Positions 59,035-64,000 of a DNA stretch of 64,000 nt are shown here, piece by piece. Position 1 is the stretch's first letter; each line of letters opens with the position of its first letter. Under the pieces are notes generated by a model. That model was not told the origin of the DNA. It saw only the letters and a list, made by a program, of their open reading frames with translations, and searched no databases. The position numbers were made by a program, and so were the translations under genes. Origin of the DNA: a virus; the IMG/VR virus record IMGVR_UViG_3300030103_004875. One strand, given 5' to 3'.

Positions 59035-60348
59035 ATGAAAGAAATTTTAGAACTAGTAGAAAAATTTATCGATGAAAAGAATGAAAAGAAGTCATGGACA
59101 CCGGGAAAGGACTGGGTTCAATATGCAGGACCATATTTTGGTGTAGAGGAATATACTGCTTCTATTAAAACACTACTTGATGGGTGGTTGGTTCTTGGTA
59201 AAAATGGCATTCGATTCGAAAATCAGTTTCCTAAATTGATGCAAAAGGAGTTTGGTGTATTAACTAACAGTGGAAGCAGTTCCAATCTTATAATGATGTC
59301 TGCGTTGACATCAAAAAGATTGACAAATTTTCCTAAAGGCACTAAAGTAATAACTCCTATTGCCGGATTTCCTACTACAATAAATCCTATATTTCAAGTA
59401 GGATTTGAACCTGTATTTGTTGATATTGAATTAGATACTCTAAATTTAAATTTAGATCAGGTTGAGGAACGTGCGAAGGAGGGTTGTAAGATTATAACCT
59501 TTGCACATGTTCTCGGAAACCCCCCTAATATGGATCGACTAATGGAGATAATAGATGAGTATGGACTCATTCTATTAGAGGACTGCTGTGACGCTCTGGG
59601 ATCCACCTACAAGGATAGGGCTTTAGGTAGTTACGGTGACTTCGCGTCTTGTTCTTTCTATCCCGCACATCATATCACTATGGGTGAAGGTGGATTTGTT
59701 GCATGTAATACCAAGATGCAGGAAATTGTTGCTAGGAGTTTTCGTGAGTGGGGAAGAGGATGCTATTGTGTGGGTCAAAAGGCAGGTCTTCTGAAGAATG
59801 GGACATGTAAGAACCGTTTTTCTAATTGGTTACCTGCGTTACCTGATGAAATATTTGATCACAAGTATGTGTACGATGAGATAGGATATAATCTCAAACC
59901 TACAGATTTACAGGCAGCGATGGGTCTAGTACAGTTGGATAGACTCCCGGAGATCATAGAAAAGAGAAAGTATAATCATAAAAGATTATGTGATATATTC
60001 TCTAAGTATGATGATTATTTTGTAATTCCCAAGAAAACAGAGCACTCGGATCCTGCTTGGTTTGCATTTGCTTTGACCATAAAAGATAATGCTCCTTTTG
60101 CAAGGAAAGATATAGTAGATCATTTAGAGAATGCAATGATTCAAACTAGACCGTACTTTGCTGGTAATATTATGTTACAGCCTGCTTACGAAGGCCTCAT
60201 GGATCAGAATCAAATTGTTCGTGATTATCCAAATGCAAGAAAAGTTACCACTGATACATTTTTCTTGGGAACTAGTCCGGTCATTACTCCAGAGCAACTC
60301 GATTATATTGAAAAAATTGTGGATCAGTTTTGCGGGGATTTAAAATGA
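59035..60348 (+). CDS. rfbH: CDP-4-keto-6-deoxyglucose 3-dehydrase (E1, DdhC/RfbH)
   Basis: NSGSSSNL, EDCCDALGS, SFYPAHHITMGEGG (His in place of the PLP Lys), GRGCYC Fe-S motif, DHKYVY. Confidence 0.92.
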   Translation: MKEILELVEKFIDEKNEKKSWTPGKDWVQYAGPYFGVEEYTASIKTLLDGWLVLGKNGIRFENQFPKLMQKEFGVLTNSGSSSNLIMMSALTSKRLTNFPKGTKVITPIAGFPTTINPIFQVGFEPVFVDIELDTLNLNLDQVEERAKEGCKIITFAHVLGNPPNMDRLMEIIDEYGLILLEDCCDALGSTYKDRALGSYGDFASCSFYPAHHITMGEGGFVACNTKMQEIVARSFREWGRGCYCVGQKAGLLKNGTCKNRFSNWLPALPDEIFDHKYVYDEIGYNLKPTDLQAAMGLVQLDRLPEIIEKRKYNHKRLCDIFSKYDDYFVIPKKTEHSDPAWFAFALTIKDNAPFARKDIVDHLENAMIQTRPYFAGNIMLQPAYEGLMDQNQIVRDYPNARKVTTDTFFLGTSPVITPEQLDYIEKIVDQFCGDLK

Positions 60349-61130
60349 AACGAGTGATTAATTGTTATAATCAGTATCATTTGGGTGATTGTATACAGAC
60401 GTTGCATTTTTTAATACATGCAACTAAGTGCAATAATGTAACTTTTAATTTTCTATGCAATCCAGCATATCACTCCCAATTGAAAGAGTTTATAGGAAAT
60501 GATGGGGTTAATTTATATTCGGTAGTTCCTGCTGATACAGATCATGAAAATTTTATTAACACATGGATAGGTGCTCATAATTATTCTCAGATATGTGATG
60601 ATTCTGATGTAATTTTTGGCGATGATTCTGATCAAGGAACATTTTTTCTCATTTTATCTAAGATTTTATCCGACAAAATGGGAATAGAATGTCCGTTTTC
60701 TAAAAAATCAGACATGATCTACAATGAATCCTCTTTGGAGTCTTCTTGCGAGACATCCATCGACTCTTACGATTATTTGTTTATCAATAGTCAAAACATG
60801 AGCATTCCCTTTCCAAATTTTGAAGAAGAGGTATCAAGTTTTATTGAACGGTTGCAGTTTAAGAATAAAAAGGTTATTACAACTACAAAATATCTTGACC
60901 TTCCTTGTACTCTGGATTATAATTTTAGTGTAGTGGACATTGCAAAATTATCTAAAAATGTTAAACATATTGTAGGTGTCAACACGGGTCCACTACACCT
61001 TTGCATGAATAAATGGACAATTGAGAATGTGGAAAGTTTTACAGTATGGTGTCCCGCAGAAACCTTTAATTACGGATCTAAGTTTAGATCCGTAAAATCC
61101 CTTGGAGAGATAGATGAGAGTAATCTTTAG
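60345..61130 (+). CDS. Putative GT-B glycosyltransferase-like protein
   Basis: HLGDCI and VGVNTGPLHL resemble GT9-type motifs. Confidence 0.5.
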   Translation: MKRVINCYNQYHLGDCIQTLHFLIHATKCNNVTFNFLCNPAYHSQLKEFIGNDGVNLYSVVPADTDHENFINTWIGAHNYSQICDDSDVIFGDDSDQGTFFLILSKILSDKMGIECPFSKKSDMIYNESSLESSCETSIDSYDYLFINSQNMSIPFPNFEEEVSSFIERLQFKNKKVITTTKYLDLPCTLDYNFSVVDIAKLSKNVKHIVGVNTGPLHLCMNKWTIENVESFTVWCPAETFNYGSKFRSVKSLGEIDESNL

Positions 61131-61902
61131 TATTATTTTAAATGGCAAACATCATTTGTTACACAATGATCAATATAGATTTATATTAGATAATTGTGAT
61201 AAGTGGGTGGTAGTAGAAGGCGCATCCCAATCTAATGGTAGCACTCAGTGGTGTAAAACCATTCCTGATGAATATCACAATAACGGTGCAAGTGTCGATG
61301 GTACTAGAGAGTTTATGGAAGAGTTGGCGAAAACAGAATCCAATTTAGTATACGTTCCCTCTGATGGTTTCTGGAATTCTAAAGACGATCAGGTAAATCG
61401 TGCAATCGAAGAAGTCAAGAAACTCACTGACAAATGTTTTCTTTGGGAATTTGACATCGATGAACAGTGGACAGCAGAGGCACTTGATCAGGGAGAGAAA
61501 GAACTGACGGAAGGTAATCTAAAGTATGCCGGGTTTATGAGTAGATATTATGTTGGTAAGAATTTGCTCGCAAAAGGTCATTGGGGTGAAGGAAGGGATG
61601 GGGGTTACATCAGACTATGGGATTGGGAAGGTGAATCTTTTGTTCGTCATGAACCTCCAACTCTGGAGGGATGTGAGGATAAAGAAGGTAAGATGCTGAG
61701 TCCTATATTTGATCATTACAGTTATTATTTCGACGAGGATGTTAAATTTAAAGATGCTTGGTATAGTGGTCACGAAAACATTTATGAAAGATGGAAGTAC
61801 GTTAACTCTTTACCCAAAGAAGTTTTCCCGATCCACATTTCAGCGTTGATCACTGGGTACTGGGGAACAACTGATACTGGTATATTTTGGGAAGATCTAT
61901 GA
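61114..61902 (+). CDS. Putative GT2-like glycosyltransferase
   Basis: VVEG, SVDGT, FDIDE. Confidence 0.65.
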   Translation: MRVIFSIILNGKHHLLHNDQYRFILDNCDKWVVVEGASQSNGSTQWCKTIPDEYHNNGASVDGTREFMEELAKTESNLVYVPSDGFWNSKDDQVNRAIEEVKKLTDKCFLWEFDIDEQWTAEALDQGEKELTEGNLKYAGFMSRYYVGKNLLAKGHWGEGRDGGYIRLWDWEGESFVRHEPPTLEGCEDKEGKMLSPIFDHYSYYFDEDVKFKDAWYSGHENIYERWKYVNSLPKEVFPIHISALITGYWGTTDTGIFWEDL

Positions 61903-62549
61903 AAAAATTAATATGTTTTAGTCTATGGGGGAATGACAAGAAGTATACTAGTGGTGCTATTGAAAACTTAGAATTGGCTTCTACCTATTATCCCGGATGG
62001 ATTTGTAGATATTATATTTCTAAAGAAAATACTTCACCTGAACTTATACGAAAAATGAAAGAATATGATAATTGCGAAGTCTTCATGCATGATCAAATAG
62101 ATTCACAATGTCAAAGACTAATTAGATTCTTCCCTCTTCAGGAATCTGATGTTGAATATTTTATCGTAAGGGATTTGGATTCTCGGTTAGGCAGAAGAGA
62201 GGCCTCTGCTGTGGAGGAGTGGATACAATCTGGGCATGATTACCATATAATGAGAGACAATGTGGAACATGCAGTTCCTATGATGGCTGGGATGTGGGGA
62301 GCAAAGGGTAACCTTGTTCCTGATTTTTCTTCTCTAGTAGAGAAGCATAAGTTAACATTGGGAGAAGAGTTTGATACCAATGTTCAAGTGGATCAGCAGT
62401 TTCTTTGGAATTACATCATACCCAAAATTAAAAGTGCATTAGTTCATGATGAAAGCACTCATCTTGGGGGAAATAAATATCCTACAGAGAGATTAGAAAA
62501 TGAAATTCCTGAGTTTATAGGTCAATCATATGAAGATTTTGTATTATGA
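61899..62549 (+). CDS. Putative glycosyltransferase-like protein
   Basis: FSLWG, VRDLDSRL (DxD), MRD, AGMWG, DQQFL. Confidence 0.6.
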   Translation: MKKLICFSLWGNDKKYTSGAIENLELASTYYPGWICRYYISKENTSPELIRKMKEYDNCEVFMHDQIDSQCQRLIRFFPLQESDVEYFIVRDLDSRLGRREASAVEEWIQSGHDYHIMRDNVEHAVPMMAGMWGAKGNLVPDFSSLVEKHKLTLGEEFDTNVQVDQQFLWNYIIPKIKSALVHDESTHLGGNKYPTERLENEIPEFIGQSYEDFVL

Positions 62550-63514
62550 ATATTGAAGAAAAAAAAGTAGTTTATGTCACTGGATGTCTGGGATTTATTG
62601 GATCTTATGTCACTAGATTATGCCTGGATCGTGGTTGGTATGTAAAGGGTGTTGATAAAATAACCTATGCTGCCAATAAAAATCTTCTCTCGGAGTTTGA
62701 ATCCTACGATAATTTTTCATTTGTGCATTGTGATATAAACGAGTTAAAATTTTTATATGACTGTGATTATGTGATTAATACGGCAGCAGAAACACACGTT
62801 GGTAATTCTATTGCGAATAGTGATGATTTTGTTGAGTCCAATATAAACGGTGTGCATAATATTTTAGAGTTGATAAAAAATTATCGACAAGAACACACCA
62901 AGGTTCCTACTCTGTTACATTTCAGCACAGATGAGGTGTATGGGGATATAGAGGATGGTGCGCACACGGAAAATGATATATTAAAGCCTTCTAACCCTTA
63001 TTCTGCAACTAAGGCGGCCGCCGACATGTTAGTGCTGGCGTGGGCCAGAACTTATAATATCCCATATGTGATTGTTCGTCCCACCAATAATTATGGCATT
63101 GGCCAGTATGTTGAAAAATTAATACCAAAGGCTTGTAAGTTCTTGAAACTTGGTAGAAAAATACCACTTCACAATAATGGAACACCTGTCCGAAATTGGT
63201 TACATGCAGAGGATACGGCTAACGCTGTTATAAAGATTATTGAGTCTGGTATGAATAATGAAATTTATAACATCGCTGGCGGGTTTGAACAAACCAACAT
63301 GGATACTGTTCATAAGTTAATTTCTGTATTGACAGACGGGGAAGAATATGATATAAAAGACTATGTTGATACCTCATTTTCTCGTGTGGGACAAGATTTA
63401 AGGTATGCTTTGGATGACTCTAAACTTCGCTCTTTGGGATGGGAACCCAAGAAAGACTTTGATACAGAAATCATCGACATAGTAAATTACTACAAGAATA
63501 AATTTATATGGTAA
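62546..63514 (+). CDS. rfbB: NDP-glucose 4,6-dehydratase (RmlB/RfbB)
   Basis: TGCLGFIG, AAETHV, STDEVYG, YSATK, NNYG. Confidence 0.92.
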   Translation: MNIEEKKVVYVTGCLGFIGSYVTRLCLDRGWYVKGVDKITYAANKNLLSEFESYDNFSFVHCDINELKFLYDCDYVINTAAETHVGNSIANSDDFVESNINGVHNILELIKNYRQEHTKVPTLLHFSTDEVYGDIEDGAHTENDILKPSNPYSATKAAADMLVLAWARTYNIPYVIVRPTNNYGIGQYVEKLIPKACKFLKLGRKIPLHNNGTPVRNWLHAEDTANAVIKIIESGMNNEIYNIAGGFEQTNMDTVHKLISVLTDGEEYDIKDYVDTSFSRVGQDLRYALDDSKLRSLGWEPKKDFDTEIIDIVNYYKNKFIW

Positions 63515-64000
63515 ACGATAGTAAAATTAGGGTAGCAGATTACATTGCAAATAAGATTCATGAAATGGGAGTGAATCATATTTTCACTATAACTGGCGGT
63601 GGTGCCATGTTTTTGAATGATGCAATATTAAGAAATCCCAATATAGAAGCTATTTGTGGTCACCACGAACAAGCGTCTGCAATGTCAGCCGTTGGTTATT
63701 CTAAGTACAGCGGAAAGTTGGGAGTTGTAATGCCAACAACAGGTTGTGGTGCAACCAATACCATAACGGGGTTATTGGATGCGTGGCAAGATAATGTTCC
63801 CATGCTTTTTGTATCGGGTCAGATAAATTCTCACCAAACAATGAGTAATTATGATTTACCATTGAGACAGATTGGTGTTCAAGAAGCAGATATTGTTGAG
63901 ATAGTAAAGAGTATCACTAAATATGCAGTTCTAGTTGATGATCCAAAACAAATTCGATACCATATGGAACGAGCGATCCACGAGGCCTTTTCGGGTAGAC
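63508..64000 (+). CDS. Thiamine-diphosphate enzyme (acetolactate synthase/YerE-like), partial
   Basis: Not in the track; MVNDSKIRVADYIA..TGGGAMFLND..HHEQASAM..TTGCGATNTITG..SGQ; open to the window end. Confidence 0.85.
   Translation, partial: MVNDSKIRVADYIANKIHEMGVNHIFTITGGGAMFLNDAILRNPNIEAICGHHEQASAMSAVGYSKYSGKLGVVMPTTGCGATNTITGLLDAWQDNVPMLFVSGQINSHQTMSNYDLPLRQIGVQEADIVEIVKSITKYAVLVDDPKQIRYHMERAIHEAFSGR

Noticed and set aside
1-64000. tRNA, rRNA, CRISPR arrays, stop-codon recoding
   Set aside because: Intergenic gaps are tiny, no such structures were seen, and core genes are intact in the standard code

Overview
A 64-kb segment of a large T4-like myovirus genome, probably aquatic, with every credible gene on the + strand. 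In order: baseplate gp8 and a DUF4815-like gene; a ~15-kb block of fibre-like genes (collagen G-X-Y, Cys-rich GACC repeats, DUF1566/Lcl-type C-termini) where T4 has gp9-gp12/wac; the neck-packaging-tail-head module gp13-gp23, with two gp18 sheath genes; gp3, uvsY, uvsW, gp55, gp47, a degenerate SET protein, gp46; a PLP enzyme; a frameshifted ~2,100-codon Ig-like/Cys-rich gene; a DNA amino-methyltransferase; rnh, gp45, gp44, groES, gp62, regA; and the start of a large glycan cluster (several glycosyltransferases, a methyltransferase, RfbH, RmlB, a YerE-like TPP enzyme). The most interesting hypothesis is a phage-encoded virion glycosylation system, because G-x-T motifs recur in externally exposed virion proteins and the sugar cluster could supply a branched 3,6-dideoxy-sugar glycan. 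Other highlights are the very Cys-rich fibre family (tentatively pointing to a Planctomycetota host), a possible heteropolymeric sheath, and a back-to-back promoter palindrome near an apparent strand-skew switch (candidate origin). No tRNA, rRNA, CRISPR array, reverse transcriptase or intein was seen. All family calls are from motif recognition by eye, not database searches.
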